Both the position numbers and the translations under genes were made by a program. Under the pieces are notes generated by a model. It did no database searches. It worked only from the letters and a program-made list of their open reading frames with translations, and was not told where the DNA came from. This document shows positions 31,112-41,217 of a stretch of DNA of 64,000 bases, piece by piece. Source of the DNA: an uncultured delta proteobacterium (GTDB lineage: Bacteria > Desulfobacterota > Desulfuromonadia > Desulfuromonadales > JACZKF01); the NCBI GenBank assembly GCA_963816395.1, contig CAWFKQ010000009.1:224001-288000 (forward strand), read 5' to 3'. Every line of letters begins with the position of its first letter. Position 1 is the first letter of the stretch.

Positions 31112-32164
31112 TTGCCTAGAATTGTTGCCGCAGCCACGGCGGTGCCGCCGTATTCGGCCTCCCAGCAGCAGATCCGCCAGGCGGCGGCGGCCGTTTTTTC
31201 CGGCCGCCTCCCCGATGTCGATCGCCTGCTGGCAGTCTTCGACCATTCCCGGATCGAGCGGCGGCAGTTCATGCGGCCCCTGTCGTGGTATCAGGTGCTG
31301 CATTCTCCGGCGGAGCGAAACCGGGTCTACCTTGAGGACGGATTGGCGCTGCTGGCGCGGGCCGCCCAGGCCTGCCTCGATCAGGCCGGGGTGAGCGCGG
31401 GGGAAATCGATCACGTGATCTGTGTCTCCTCCACCGGCCACGCGACCCCTTCCCTGGATGCCCGTCTGATCAACGAGCTGGGACTGCCGCCCACCACCAG
31501 CCGCCTGCCGATCTGGGGACTCGGCTGCGCCGGCGGAGCCGCGGGGCTTGCCCGCGCTTTCGATTTCTGCCGGGCCCATCCGCGGGCGCGGGCGCTGGTC
31601 ACCACCCTCGAATGCTGCAGCCTGACCTTCCTCGCGGGCGATCTTTCGAAGAAGAACATGGTGGCCGCCGCTATTTTCGCCGACGGCGCCGCCGCCGCCC
31701 TGGTCGCCGGCTGCGAAGCTGCCGGGGCGGGGCCGCGCATCCTGGCGACCCGCTCGCACCTGTTCCCCGACAGCTACGGCATCATGGGCTGGGAGTTCGG
31801 CGACCACGGGATGGAACTCGTCCTTTCTCCCAAGCTCCCGGCGGTGATCAAGCAGAAGCTGCCGGATCTCTTTGCCGGCTTCCTGCAGGCGCAGGGGCTG
31901 GGCCGGGAAGGGATCGTCCACTACATCACCCATCCCGGAGGCGCCAAGGTGATCGATGCCTATCGGCTGGCTCTCGGCCTGGCCAGGGACGAACTGGCCT
32001 TGACCGAGGCCATGCTGCGGGAGCATGGAAATGTCTCTTCCGCTTCGGTGCTGTTCGTCCTGGAGCAATGGCTTGCCTCCGAACGCTCCCGGCATGCCGG
32101 GCACGGACTGCTGTCCGCGTTCGGCCCGGGGTTCTCGGCCGAGATGCTGTTGCTGGAAGTGTAA
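31112..32164 (+). CDS. Type III polyketide synthase (chalcone/stilbene synthase superfamily)
   Basis: Catalytic triad motifs GLGCAGG, HPGG, GNVSS; FADGAAA; AFGPGF. Confidence 0.9.
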   Translation: MPRIVAAATAVPPYSASQQQIRQAAAAVFSGRLPDVDRLLAVFDHSRIERRQFMRPLSWYQVLHSPAERNRVYLEDGLALLARAAQACLDQAGVSAGEIDHVICVSSTGHATPSLDARLINELGLPPTTSRLPIWGLGCAGGAAGLARAFDFCRAHPRARALVTTLECCSLTFLAGDLSKKNMVAAAIFADGAAAALVAGCEAAGAGPRILATRSHLFPDSYGIMGWEFGDHGMELVLSPKLPAVIKQKLPDLFAGFLQAQGLGREGIVHYITHPGGAKVIDAYRLALGLARDELALTEAMLREHGNVSSASVLFVLEQWLASERSRHAGHGLLSAFGPGFSAEMLLLEV

Positions 32165-32243
32165 ACACCTCCAAATACCCCACCTCCGGGCACATGTCGG
32201 CAGGCTCTGACGGCCGTGACGCCGAATTGCCAGGACGGCAAAG

Positions 32244-32283
32244 AAAATCCCCTAGCCCTTGCGGGGTAGAGGATTTTATTTTC
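32244..32283. terminator. Probable bidirectional terminator between the PKS and glmS
   Basis: AAAATCCCCTAGCCC-TTGC-GGGGTAGAGGATTTT imperfect hairpin with A/T tails. Confidence 0.6.
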
Positions 32284-32330
32284 GCTGATCACCTGGCGCG
32301 GCGGCGGCTGCAATTCGTGGTTGCCGTAGC

Positions 32331-34160
32331 TTATTCCACCGTGACGCTCTTGGCCAGATTGCGCGGCTGGTCGACATCGGTCCCTTTGAGGACGGCGATA
32401 TGATAGGCGAGAAGCTGCAGGGGGACCGCGGTGAGGATGGGCATCAGGTCGTCGGCGATGGTCGGCAGCTGGAAAACCACGTCGGCCTTCTCCAGCAGTT
32501 CGCCTTCGGCGTGGTCGGTGATGGCGATCACCCTGCCGCCCCGGGCGCGCACCTCTTCCATATTGGAGACCACCTTGTCGAAGGTGTCGTTGCGCGTAGC
32601 GATGATCACCACCGGCATCTTTTCGTCAATCAGGGCGATCGGGCCGTGCTTCATCTCGCCGGCCGGGTAGCCTTCGGCGTGGATGTAGGAGATCTCCTTG
32701 AGCTTCAGCGCCCCTTCGAGGGCGATCGGATACTGGTTGCCGCGCCCCAGGTAGAGGAAATCGTGCGTCGCCAGGTAATTGCGGGCGACCTCTTCGATCA
32801 CCGCATCCAACTCCAGCGCCTCCTCCAGCTTGCGGGGGAGCTTGAGCAGATCGCGGACCAGCTCCCGGCAGCCATCGGCGGAGATCACCCCGCGCGCCAT
32901 TCCCAGGCGCAGGGCGAGCAGGTAAAGGGCGGCCAGCTGGGTGGTGAAGGCCTTGGTGGAGGCGACGCCGATCTCCGGACCGGCGTGGGTATAGATTACC
33001 CCGTCGCTCTCCCGGGCAATGGAAGATTCCACGACATTGCAGATGGCCACCGTCCGGCCCTTCTTCCCCTTGGCCTCGCGCAGCGCCGCCAGGGTGTCGG
33101 CGGTTTCGCCGCTCTGACTGATGAGAATGGTGAGGCTGCGCTCGGAGACGATCGGGTCGCGGTAACGGAATTCGCTGGCGATATCGACTTCCACCGGCAC
33201 CCGGGCCAGTTTCTCCAGAAGGAATTTGCCGACCAGCCCGGCATGCCAGGAAGTTCCGCAGGCGACAATGAAGATCTTCTCCAGCCGGCGCAGTTCGTCG
33301 TCGGCAAGAGTGAATCCTTCCAGGTAGATATCGCCTTCGTCTTCGAGGATCCGCCCGGCCAGGGTATCGGCTATGGCCCGCGGCTGCTCATAGATCTCCT
33401 TGAGCATGAAATGCTTGTAGCCCCCTTTCTCCGCCATCAGGGGACTCCAGGTAATCGTTTTGGGCGTCTTCTGCCGGGGCTGGCCAGCCAGATCGGTCAC
33501 CTGCAGACGGCCGTCGGTGAAAACGACCATCTCCCCATCTTCGAGGAAAATCACCTCGCGGGTGTGGGAGAGCATGGCCGGGATGTCGGAGGCGACGAAA
33601 TGCTCCCCCTCCCCCTGGCCGACCACCAGCGGGGAGCCGAGCTTGGCGGCGATCAGCTTCCCCGGTTCCTGCTCGCAGAGAATGGCGACCGCGTAGGCGC
33701 CGCGCACCTCGGCAAGGGCGCGGCGCACGGCCGCTTCAAAGTCATGGACGAGGTTGAAATGATGCTCGATGAGGTGGGCGATGACTTCCGTGTCGGTCTC
33801 CGAACGGAAGACGTGCCCGGCCTGGCGCAGGCGCTCCTTGAGCGAGAGATAGTTCTCGATGATGCCGTTGTGGACCACCACGATGCCGCCGGCATAGTGG
33901 GGGTGGGCATTGTTTTCCGAGGGGCGGCCGTGGGTGGCCCAGCGGGTATGGCCGATGCCGCAGTGCCCCTGCACCGGCCGCTCCCGCAGGACCTTCTCCA
34001 GGTTGACGAGTTTTCCCTGGGCGCGCCGGATCTCGATGGCGCCGCCGTTCAGGGTGGCGATTCCCGCCGAGTCGTACCCCCGGTATTCCAGCCGCCGCAG
34101 CCCATCCAGGATAATGGGGGTGGCATCCTGCCCTCCGATATAACCGACAATGCCGCACAT
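32331..34160 (-). CDS. glmS: Glutamine--fructose-6-phosphate aminotransferase
   Basis: [15 protein letters not shown], ends [12 protein letters not shown]. Confidence 0.98.
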   Translation of the reverse strand: MCGIVGYIGGQDATPIILDGLRRLEYRGYDSAGIATLNGGAIEIRRAQGKLVNLEKVLRERPVQGHCGIGHTRWATHGRPSENNAHPHYAGGIVVVHNGIIENYLSLKERLRQAGHVFRSETDTEVIAHLIEHHFNLVHDFEAAVRRALAEVRGAYAVAILCEQEPGKLIAAKLGSPLVVGQGEGEHFVASDIPAMLSHTREVIFLEDGEMVVFTDGRLQVTDLAGQPRQKTPKTITWSPLMAEKGGYKHFMLKEIYEQPRAIADTLAGRILEDEGDIYLEGFTLADDELRRLEKIFIVACGTSWHAGLVGKFLLEKLARVPVEVDIASEFRYRDPIVSERSLTILISQSGETADTLAALREAKGKKGRTVAICNVVESSIARESDGVIYTHAGPEIGVASTKAFTTQLAALYLLALRLGMARGVISADGCRELVRDLLKLPRKLEEALELDAVIEEVARNYLATHDFLYLGRGNQYPIALEGALKLKEISYIHAEGYPAGEMKHGPIALIDEKMPVVIIATRNDTFDKVVSNMEEVRARGGRVIAITDHAEGELLEKADVVFQLPTIADDLMPILTAVPLQLLAYHIAVLKGTDVDQPRNLAKSVTVE

Positions 34161-34236
34161 GCAGATATCTCCTGATCAAAGGAACACAAAGTACCAGTGG
34201 TCGGAAGAGAGTTCCGGCAGACCGGAATCCACTAAG

Positions 34237-35613
34237 CTATGTTTTCTTTTTCAGCCGCCAGCCGTCCTTATTCACCTGCGGGGTGCGGGCCAGGGCCAGG
34301 GAATCGGGGGGGACATCCCGGGTGATGGTGGAGCCGGCGGCGATCAGGCTGTTGCGGCCGATGCGCACCGGCGCGACGAACTGGGTGTCGCTGCCGACGA
34401 AGACGTGGTCCTCGATGATCGTTTTATGTTTGTTGACGCCGTCGTAATTGCAGGTGATGGTGCCGCAGCCGATATTCACCTCGGCGCCGATATCCGTGTC
34501 CCCGAGATAGGTCAGGTGACTGGCCTTGGAGCCTTGGCCGAGCACTGCCTTCTTGGTTTCGACGAAGTTGCCGATCTTGTTGTGCCCGGCAAGCACGGTG
34601 CCCGGCCGCAGATGGGCCATCGGCCCGACATCGGTATCGCTGCCGACGGTGGCCTCCGCCAGGACCGAGCCGGCCTTGAGGTGGACCCGATCGCCAATGG
34701 TGCAGTCGCTGACGACGACGCCCGGTTCCACCACGCACTCCCGGCCGAGGCGGGTGCGGCCGCGCAGATGCACGCCGGGGTGGATGATCGTGTCCTCGCC
34801 GATCTCCACGTCCGGGTCGATATAGGCAGCGGCCGGATCGATCAGGGTCACGCCGTTCTGCATCATCTGCTCGTTGATCCGGCGGCGCAGGATCGTATTC
34901 GCCTCCGCCAATTGCACCCGGTCGTTGATCCCCATCGTTTCCTCCGCTTCCGTCGCCGCGACGGCGGTAACAACGTGCCCGGCGGCGCGCGCCGCCGCCA
35001 CCACGTCGGTCAGATAATATTCTCCCTGGGCATTATTGCGGGTCACTCCCTGCAGGGCCTCGAATACGAAGGGCGCGGCAAAAGCATAGATGCCGGAATT
35101 GACTTCCTTGACGGCTCGCTCGGCCGGCGAGGCATCCTTCTCCTCGACAATGCGCAGCACCTGGTCTGCCTCGCGAATGATACGGCCATAACCGTGCGGA
35201 TCGGCCAGGACGGCGGTGAGAACGGTGACCGCCGCTCCCCGGGCGTTGTGGCAGGCGAGCAGGCGCTCCACCGTTTGCCGCCGCAGCAGCGGTACATCCC
35301 CGCAGAGCAACAGCAGCGTGCCGCGAAAATCAGCCAGCAGCGGCCTGGCACAGAGCAGGGCATGGCCGGTCCCCAGCTGTTCATCCTGCCGGGCGAAAGA
35401 AAGTCCCGGATCGGCTAGAGCGGTCTCCACCGCCGCGGCCCGGTGGCCGACCACCATAACGCTCGGGCGGCAGCCGAGGCTGCTGGTGAGCCGGGCCGGG
35501 TAGTGGGCCAGCGGATAGCCGCAAAGAGGGTGCAGCACCTTCGGCAGTGCCGACTTCATGCGTGTCCCTTTGCCGGCGGCGAGGATGACCGCGGCCAGAT
35601 GAGCCTGTTCCAT
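34237..35613 (-). CDS. glmU: Bifunctional UDP-GlcNAc pyrophosphorylase / acetyltransferase
   Basis: LAAGKGTRMKS, QLGTGHA, EYYLTD, hexapeptide repeats, TCNYDG. Confidence 0.97.
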   Translation of the reverse strand: MEQAHLAAVILAAGKGTRMKSALPKVLHPLCGYPLAHYPARLTSSLGCRPSVMVVGHRAAAVETALADPGLSFARQDEQLGTGHALLCARPLLADFRGTLLLLCGDVPLLRRQTVERLLACHNARGAAVTVLTAVLADPHGYGRIIREADQVLRIVEEKDASPAERAVKEVNSGIYAFAAPFVFEALQGVTRNNAQGEYYLTDVVAAARAAGHVVTAVAATEAEETMGINDRVQLAEANTILRRRINEQMMQNGVTLIDPAAAYIDPDVEIGEDTIIHPGVHLRGRTRLGRECVVEPGVVVSDCTIGDRVHLKAGSVLAEATVGSDTDVGPMAHLRPGTVLAGHNKIGNFVETKKAVLGQGSKASHLTYLGDTDIGAEVNIGCGTITCNYDGVNKHKTIIEDHVFVGSDTQFVAPVRIGRNSLIAAGSTITRDVPPDSLALARTPQVNKDGWRLKKKT

Positions 35614-35766
35614 GGAAATGCCTGAAAAAATGAGGATTGGTGAGGGATTCATTATACGAAAAGGAGGCGGAGAGTCAAGGCCGTGACTGCCGTTAAGGCC
35701 CGGCAAATCGATATATTTTGCAAAGTGAATGGCACTTCAGTATAGTGAGTGACTTGGGAGGCTTGC

Positions 35767-36306
35767 ATGAAAGACCGCGGCGCCATTGCCCATGAACTGG
35801 CCGAAATCGAGCTGGAACTGAAAGAACTGGAAATCCTCTTCGAGCAGTATTTCGCCGGCGTGGAAAAGCGGGAGCCGCTCCAGGAGCGGCAGTCGCTGGC
35901 GCGGCGCCTGCGCCAGCTCGCCAATCGGCACATCAGTCAGACCGACCTGCGTTTCCGCTACCAGAACCTCGCCACCCGCTTTCACAGTTATGGCGGCCAT
36001 TGGGACCGGATCCTGCGTCTGATGGACGAGGGGCGCTATCACCGGCAGCATTGGTGCCCCTTGCCGAAGCCGGCAAAGCCGGCGGTTGCGGAGCCGGCAG
36101 GGGCGGTGGAGAGGATTTACCGGGAGCTGCTGCAGGCGCATCAGGCCTGCAAGCTTCGGGGGCCGCTGCCGGAGCGGCAGAAGGTGGCGCAATTTCTGGA
36201 GCAGCAGGAGGAAAAAATTCGCGAGAAGTTCGGCAATCGCGAAGTGGAATTCCGGGTCGAAACGGACGGCGGCAAGCCGAAAATCAAGGTCAGGGCGAAA
36301 CAGTAG
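35767..36306 (+). CDS. Conserved helical protein, MXAN_5187 C-terminal-domain-like
   Basis: FEQYFAGVEKREP, LRFRYQNL...WDRILRLMDEG, VEFRVETDGGKPKIK. Confidence 0.65.
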   Translation: MKDRGAIAHELAEIELELKELEILFEQYFAGVEKREPLQERQSLARRLRQLANRHISQTDLRFRYQNLATRFHSYGGHWDRILRLMDEGRYHRQHWCPLPKPAKPAVAEPAGAVERIYRELLQAHQACKLRGPLPERQKVAQFLEQQEEKIREKFGNREVEFRVETDGGKPKIKVRAKQ

Positions 36307-36317
36307 CAGGTCTTCGG

Positions 36318-37445
36318 ATGGTGCGAGAGCAGAGCAAAACAGCCCTGGTGCTGGCTGGCGGCGGCATCATGGGCGCGGCCTATGAAATCGGCTGCCTGGC
36401 CGCCTTGGACCGGCTTTTCACCCCTTCTTTCAATACCCGCCGCTTCGACATGTACGTCGGCGTCAGTGCCGGTTCGGTAATCGCCTCCCTGGTGGCCAAC
36501 CGCATCGCCCCGGCCCTGCTCTTCCGGGTCATCGCCCGCAACGAGCTGCGGGTGTTCAATTGGAGCCGTTCGGATATCTATCGGCTCGACATTCGGGAAC
36601 TCCTTTCCTCCTGCCGCGATATGGTGCGAAACTTCTATCGGATTTTCCGCCATTACCGGCATAATCACTGGAAATTCTCCCTCACCGACCTTTTCTACAT
36701 CCTCCAGGAGCAGTTTCCCTCCGGCCTTTATTCCCTGGGGCCGATGGAAAAATATCTCTGTCGGTCCTTCCGCCAGGAAGGGATTATCGATGATTTCCAC
36801 CTGATTCAGCCCGAACTCTACATCCCGGCCTACGACCTGGACCGTGGAGTGCGGGTGATCTTCGGCAGCGAGGGTTTCCGGGACGTCCATATCTGCCAGG
36901 CCATCACCGCTTCCTGCGCCATCCCCTATTTTTTCCGCCCGCACAAGGTTGGCAGCCGGCATTATGTGGATGGTTCCATCGGTCGGGTGACGCACCTGGA
37001 CATTGCCATCGAGCGGGGGGCCAAGCTGATCGTGGTCATCAATCCCCGGGTACCGGTGCACAACGATATGGAACGCTTCTGCCTTCCCTCCATGTCTTTC
37101 GGCAAGTGCTCCAGCATCGCCGAACTGGGGATCTCCTACGCCTGGGAACAGTCCCAGCGGATCGAGAACAAGGAAAAGCTGGATCTCGCCTTGGACACCT
37201 ACCGGCGCACCCATCCGGAGGTTGACATCCTGCTGATCGAGCCCGGCAATGAGGAGGCGCTCCTTTTCTTCCAGAGCCCGATGAGCAATGAGGCCCGTAA
37301 CCACATCATGAATTACGGGTATAATTTGACGCTGGGACAGCTGCGTGAGCGCTTCAGAGAATTCCACGAGGTGCTCGGCCGCCACGGTATCGAAGTGAAC
37401 GACCGCCGCCTGCACCTGAATGCCCCAGCGGAGGTATCGGCCTGA
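36318..37445 (+). CDS. Patatin-like phospholipase
   Basis: LVLAGGG oxyanion hole, GVSAG nucleophile elbow, ASCAIP, YVDG. Confidence 0.88.
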   Translation: MVREQSKTALVLAGGGIMGAAYEIGCLAALDRLFTPSFNTRRFDMYVGVSAGSVIASLVANRIAPALLFRVIARNELRVFNWSRSDIYRLDIRELLSSCRDMVRNFYRIFRHYRHNHWKFSLTDLFYILQEQFPSGLYSLGPMEKYLCRSFRQEGIIDDFHLIQPELYIPAYDLDRGVRVIFGSEGFRDVHICQAITASCAIPYFFRPHKVGSRHYVDGSIGRVTHLDIAIERGAKLIVVINPRVPVHNDMERFCLPSMSFGKCSSIAELGISYAWEQSQRIENKEKLDLALDTYRRTHPEVDILLIEPGNEEALLFFQSPMSNEARNHIMNYGYNLTLGQLRERFREFHEVLGRHGIEVNDRRLHLNAPAEVSA

Positions 37446-37486
37446 GGCGGTGGTTTCCCGCCTGAGATGTATCAGGAAGACCGCGT

Positions 37487-39376
37487 ATGAAGATCGTCCT
37501 GCCCACCCTGCACGTCCGCCGCTCCCCCCAAGCCGTGCCGCTGGCCGCCGCCTGTCTGGCCGCCGCCCTTCCCGCCCCGCTGCGGGACCAGGCCACCCTC
37601 CTGGATTTTTTCCCGCCGGCCGCCGAAGAAGAAATGCTGGAAGAGATTCTGGCCTGCCGACCCGACCTGGTGGCCTTTCCCCTTTATGTCTGGAACCGCA
37701 CGGCTCTGCTCGCTCTGGCACGGCGCCTGCGGCGGGAGTTGCCCGCGCTTCGCCTGGTGGCCGGAGGTCCCGAAGCGACCGCCGACCCGGCCGGGGTCCT
37801 TGCCGAAGGGGCACTTGACGGGGTGGTGCGCGGCGAGGGCGAGATCGCCTTCGCCCGCCTGGCGGAACAGCTTTCCCGCGGGGAAGAACCGTCCGGTCTG
37901 CCCGGCCTCAGCTGGCAGACCCCCAGGGGGATGGTTGCCGGGCCGGATTCGCCGCCGGCCGAACCTGAGGAACTCCCCTCCCCCTGGCTTAGCGGCGTAC
38001 TGGCGCCGGCGGCCGGCGGCGGCGTCCTCTGGGAAACGAGCCGGGGGTGCCCGTTCGGCTGCGATTTCTGCTACGAAGCGAAAGGGAGCCGGGTGGGACG
38101 CCACCTGCCGGCAGCGCGCCTGGAAGCGGAACTGGAGCTGTTCGTCCGCTCCCAGGTCTCCCAGATATGGATTCTCGATCCCACTTTCAACTTCCCCCCG
38201 GAGCGCGGCAAGGAATTGCTGCGCCTGCTGGCCGCGCGGGCACCGCACATCCACATCCACCTCGAGGCAAAGGCCGATTTCCTGGACCGGGATGCCGTGC
38301 GCCTGCTGAACCGCCTCCACTGTTCGGTGCAACTCGGCTATCAATCCGGTCGACCCGAGGTGCTGCGCCTCCTGCACCGCTCCCACGACCCCGAACTCTT
38401 CGCCCGAAAGGTTCACCTCCTGAACGCCGAGGGGGTGACTTTCGGCCTCGATCTCATCTATGGCCTGCCCGGCGACGACTATGCGGGCTTCTGCACCAGC
38501 CTCGATACCGCCCTGGCATTCACTCCCAACAGCATCGACCTGTTTCCCCTTGCCGTCCTGCCCGGAACGCCCCTGTACCGCCGCAGTCAGGAGTTCGGCC
38601 TGCGGGCGCAAGCCGTGCCGCCCTACCAGATTCTGGAGAGCGCCACCTACAGCGCCGCCGATCTGGCCCGCAGCCGCCGCCTGGCTGCGGCCGCCGATCT
38701 CTTCTACAACATCGGTCGGGCGGTCGCGGTTTTCCCCGCCCTGTTGCGCGCCACCGGCCGGAAGCCGGCCACTTTCCTGGAGGGATTCGCCGACTGGGTC
38801 ACCGAGTCAGCCGGGATCGCCGAAGAGAAACTCCTGCAGCCGGAAAGCTGGCGGCCGCGCGACATCCTGCCCCTGCAGGAGGGCTATACAGAGCGGCTGT
38901 TGCGGGCAGCGGGGCGTGCCGACCTTCTGCCGGCGGCCAGCGACCTGCTTCGCTATCATTATCACTATGCGGAAACCCTGTTGGGGGAGGAGACGGTGCC
39001 GCCCGGGGAGGCGCTGACCAGAAGGGATCTGTGGGATACACCCTGGCGGCTCGCGCCCCAGACGCGTCTGGTGCCTTTCACCTATGAGGTGCTCGATCTG
39101 CAGGAGACCGGCGACGTCGACCTGGAGGAACTCGCCGCGATGTTCCGGCCGGTCGGTTCGGTGGCGCTTTTTCTGCGCCGGGGCGAGCAGGTTTTCTGCG
39201 AATCTCTGGAAGAGACTTTTCTCAGGCTGCTGCAGGGGAGCGATGGCCAAAGAACCCCCCGGGAGATCTTTGCCGGTAGTGTCTCCCGGCGAGAGGGGGA
39301 GGAAATCGTCGAGTTCGCTGTTTCCGAGGGTTTTCTGCTGCCGGGGGAAGGAATGGCCTGCCAGGTAGAGAATTGA
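37487..39376 (+). CDS. B12-binding-domain radical SAM protein
   Basis: N-terminal cobalamin-binding-like domain (YVWN, GGPEA, GEGE); SRGCPFGCDFC; DLIYGLPG. Confidence 0.85.
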   Translation: MKIVLPTLHVRRSPQAVPLAAACLAAALPAPLRDQATLLDFFPPAAEEEMLEEILACRPDLVAFPLYVWNRTALLALARRLRRELPALRLVAGGPEATADPAGVLAEGALDGVVRGEGEIAFARLAEQLSRGEEPSGLPGLSWQTPRGMVAGPDSPPAEPEELPSPWLSGVLAPAAGGGVLWETSRGCPFGCDFCYEAKGSRVGRHLPAARLEAELELFVRSQVSQIWILDPTFNFPPERGKELLRLLAARAPHIHIHLEAKADFLDRDAVRLLNRLHCSVQLGYQSGRPEVLRLLHRSHDPELFARKVHLLNAEGVTFGLDLIYGLPGDDYAGFCTSLDTALAFTPNSIDLFPLAVLPGTPLYRRSQEFGLRAQAVPPYQILESATYSAADLARSRRLAAAADLFYNIGRAVAVFPALLRATGRKPATFLEGFADWVTESAGIAEEKLLQPESWRPRDILPLQEGYTERLLRAAGRADLLPAASDLLRYHYHYAETLLGEETVPPGEALTRRDLWDTPWRLAPQTRLVPFTYEVLDLQETGDVDLEELAAMFRPVGSVALFLRRGEQVFCESLEETFLRLLQGSDGQRTPREIFAGSVSRREGEEIVEFAVSEGFLLPGEGMACQVEN

Positions 39377-39396
39377 AGAGTGCCATGCCAGGCCAA

Positions 39397-39443
39397 CAAC
39401 CAAAAAGCCCCTCTCCTGGAGTGGAGAAGGGCTTTTCGTTGGT
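39397..39443. terminator. Bidirectional intrinsic terminator
   Basis: AAAAAGCCCCTCTCC-TGGAGT-GGAGAAGGGCTTTT between convergent genes. Confidence 0.8.
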
Positions 39444-39458
39444 GGCTGCCGCGGCGGG

Positions 39459-39731
39459 TCAGGCCACGCTCATCCGTTTCATGTAGCGCGGCCGCTCGAC
39501 GATCAGACTTTTCAGCTCTCGCACCTCTGGAATTCGTCCAGCTACCCTGACGTTATCATCAATCAGAACCGCCGGAGAAACATAGACCCGGTAATCGATC
39601 ATTTTCCGCCGGTCCAGATAGAGATGCACTTCGGCTTCAACCCCGAGATCCGCCAATGCTTCCCGAACATTTTCCAGGGTTCGTTCGCAACGCCGGCCAT
39701 TCTCAGGCTTGCAGAGTATGTCGATGCGCAT
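39459..39731 (-). CDS. Small thioredoxin-fold protein (MTH895/redox-active disulfide 2-like)
   Basis: V-SPAVLIDDNVRVAGRIP C-terminal signature; GGAG RBS. Confidence 0.7.
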   Translation of the reverse strand: MRIDILCKPENGRRCERTLENVREALADLGVEAEVHLYLDRRKMIDYRVYVSPAVLIDDNVRVAGRIPEVRELKSLIVERPRYMKRMSVA

Positions 39732-39918
39732 GATAGTATCTCCTCCCGCATTGATTACCTTTTTGATCAATTATATAGAAATATATTTATATGACAAGGA
39801 TTTTTCAGGCCTTGCGGGATTTTTCCGCTGGCGGCGGGCATATCCTCTTTCCTTTTTCCCTCATATCTGGTAGATTCACACCAGCTGTTTCCGGCAGAAA
39901 ATTCCTCGAGTCTCCCTG

Positions 39919-41199
39919 ATGCGTAATACCCCAGCTGTTACACCGGTCTCCCCCCAGCCTACCGTCCTGCCCCGCGCCCAACATCCGATTTCCCGGCAGC
40001 TGATTGACCCCAGCACCCTGAAGGTCCTTTACCGGCTGCACCGACAGGGCTACAAAGCCTATCTGGTCGGAGGCAGCGTCCGCGACCTTTTCCTGGGACG
40101 CACTCCCAAAGATTTCGATGTCGGTACCGATGCGACACCCAATCAGGTCAAGAAGCTCTTCCGCAATTGTTTCCTGGTGGGGCGCCGCTTCCGCCTGGCC
40201 CATGTGCGTTTCAGCGACCAGGTGGTGGAGGTGGCCACCTTCCGCCGTCAGGCAGAACCCGACGATCTGCCGGAGGATCCGGAAGACCATTCGTTCTTTG
40301 CCGAAAACATCTTCGGCACCCCCCAGCAGGATGCCTTTCGCCGCGACTTCACCATCAATGCCCTGTTCTACGACATCGGCACCTTTTCGGTGATCGATTA
40401 CGTGGGTGGGCTGGAAGATCTGGCGTCCCGCCGGCTGCGGGTAATCGGCAATCCGCTGGTGCGGTTTACCGAAGATCCGGTACGCATGTTGCGGGCCCTG
40501 GAATTTGCTGCCCGCCTGGGGTTTTCCCTCGATGAGCAGACCCGCGAAGGAATCTACGCCCGCGCTCCGCTGATCGCCGAGGCGGCGCCGGCGCGCATCC
40601 GCGAGGAATTGATGGAACTGTTTCGCCACCGGGTGGCCGGAGCGGTTCTGCGCAGTGCCCGGGCGATGGGGCTGCTGCCTTATCTGCTGGCCGGTTTCGA
40701 GGGGGACGGCGAGACATTCTCGCTGCTCGATCACCTCGATCTCCGAACCGGTGGCGGGACCCCCATCAGCGAACCTTTTGCCTTGGCCGCGCTCTACCTG
40801 TCACGCTTCCAAAAGGCCGTTCCGGCCGAGGCGACGGTCACCGACGCGGTGCGCCTGGCCGGGCTGGTCCTTGCCCCGCACTGCAACTATTTCCATGTGG
40901 CGCACGGCATCCGCCATCAGGCGCGAGAACTGCTCATCGGTTTTTTCCGCATCCGCCGTGGGCGCGGTCAGCGCGGTGAGCGACGTTTCCTGCAGCATCC
41001 GCAGACTCTCGAAGCATTAAGTCTCTTTTCTCTCTGGGGCGAGGCGACAGGTGCCGGTCAGGACCTGGCAGCCGCCTGGCAGGAGGCTCTGACCGGCAGC
41101 GGTCAGAAAACGGCATCGCCGGCCAACCCGCCCCGGCGGCGCCGGCGGCGGCGCCGGACAAATCGGCGTTCGGACAACCAACCTCCAACCCCCTCCTGA
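39919..41199 (+). CDS. pcnB: Poly(A) polymerase I
   Basis: VGGSVRDL, PKDFDV, LVGRRFRLAHV PAP signature, RRDFTINAL, EDPVRMLRA, Arg-rich tail. Confidence 0.92.
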   Translation: MRNTPAVTPVSPQPTVLPRAQHPISRQLIDPSTLKVLYRLHRQGYKAYLVGGSVRDLFLGRTPKDFDVGTDATPNQVKKLFRNCFLVGRRFRLAHVRFSDQVVEVATFRRQAEPDDLPEDPEDHSFFAENIFGTPQQDAFRRDFTINALFYDIGTFSVIDYVGGLEDLASRRLRVIGNPLVRFTEDPVRMLRALEFAARLGFSLDEQTREGIYARAPLIAEAAPARIREELMELFRHRVAGAVLRSARAMGLLPYLLAGFEGDGETFSLLDHLDLRTGGGTPISEPFALAALYLSRFQKAVPAEATVTDAVRLAGLVLAPHCNYFHVAHGIRHQARELLIGFFRIRRGRGQRGERRFLQHPQTLEALSLFSLWGEATGAGQDLAAAWQEALTGSGQKTASPANPPRRRRRRRRTNRRSDNQPPTPS

Positions 41200-41217
41200 T
41201 TCGCCACAACTCCTCCC

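Noticed and set aside
32165..32330. Tn7-like insertion at the glmS attachment site
   Set aside because: No TGT...ACA ends near 25 bp downstream of glmS, no repeated TnsB sites and no tns genes in the adjacent block.
34161..34236. glmS ribozyme
   Set aside because: Only 76 bp separate glmU and glmS, too short, and no ribozyme core is visible.
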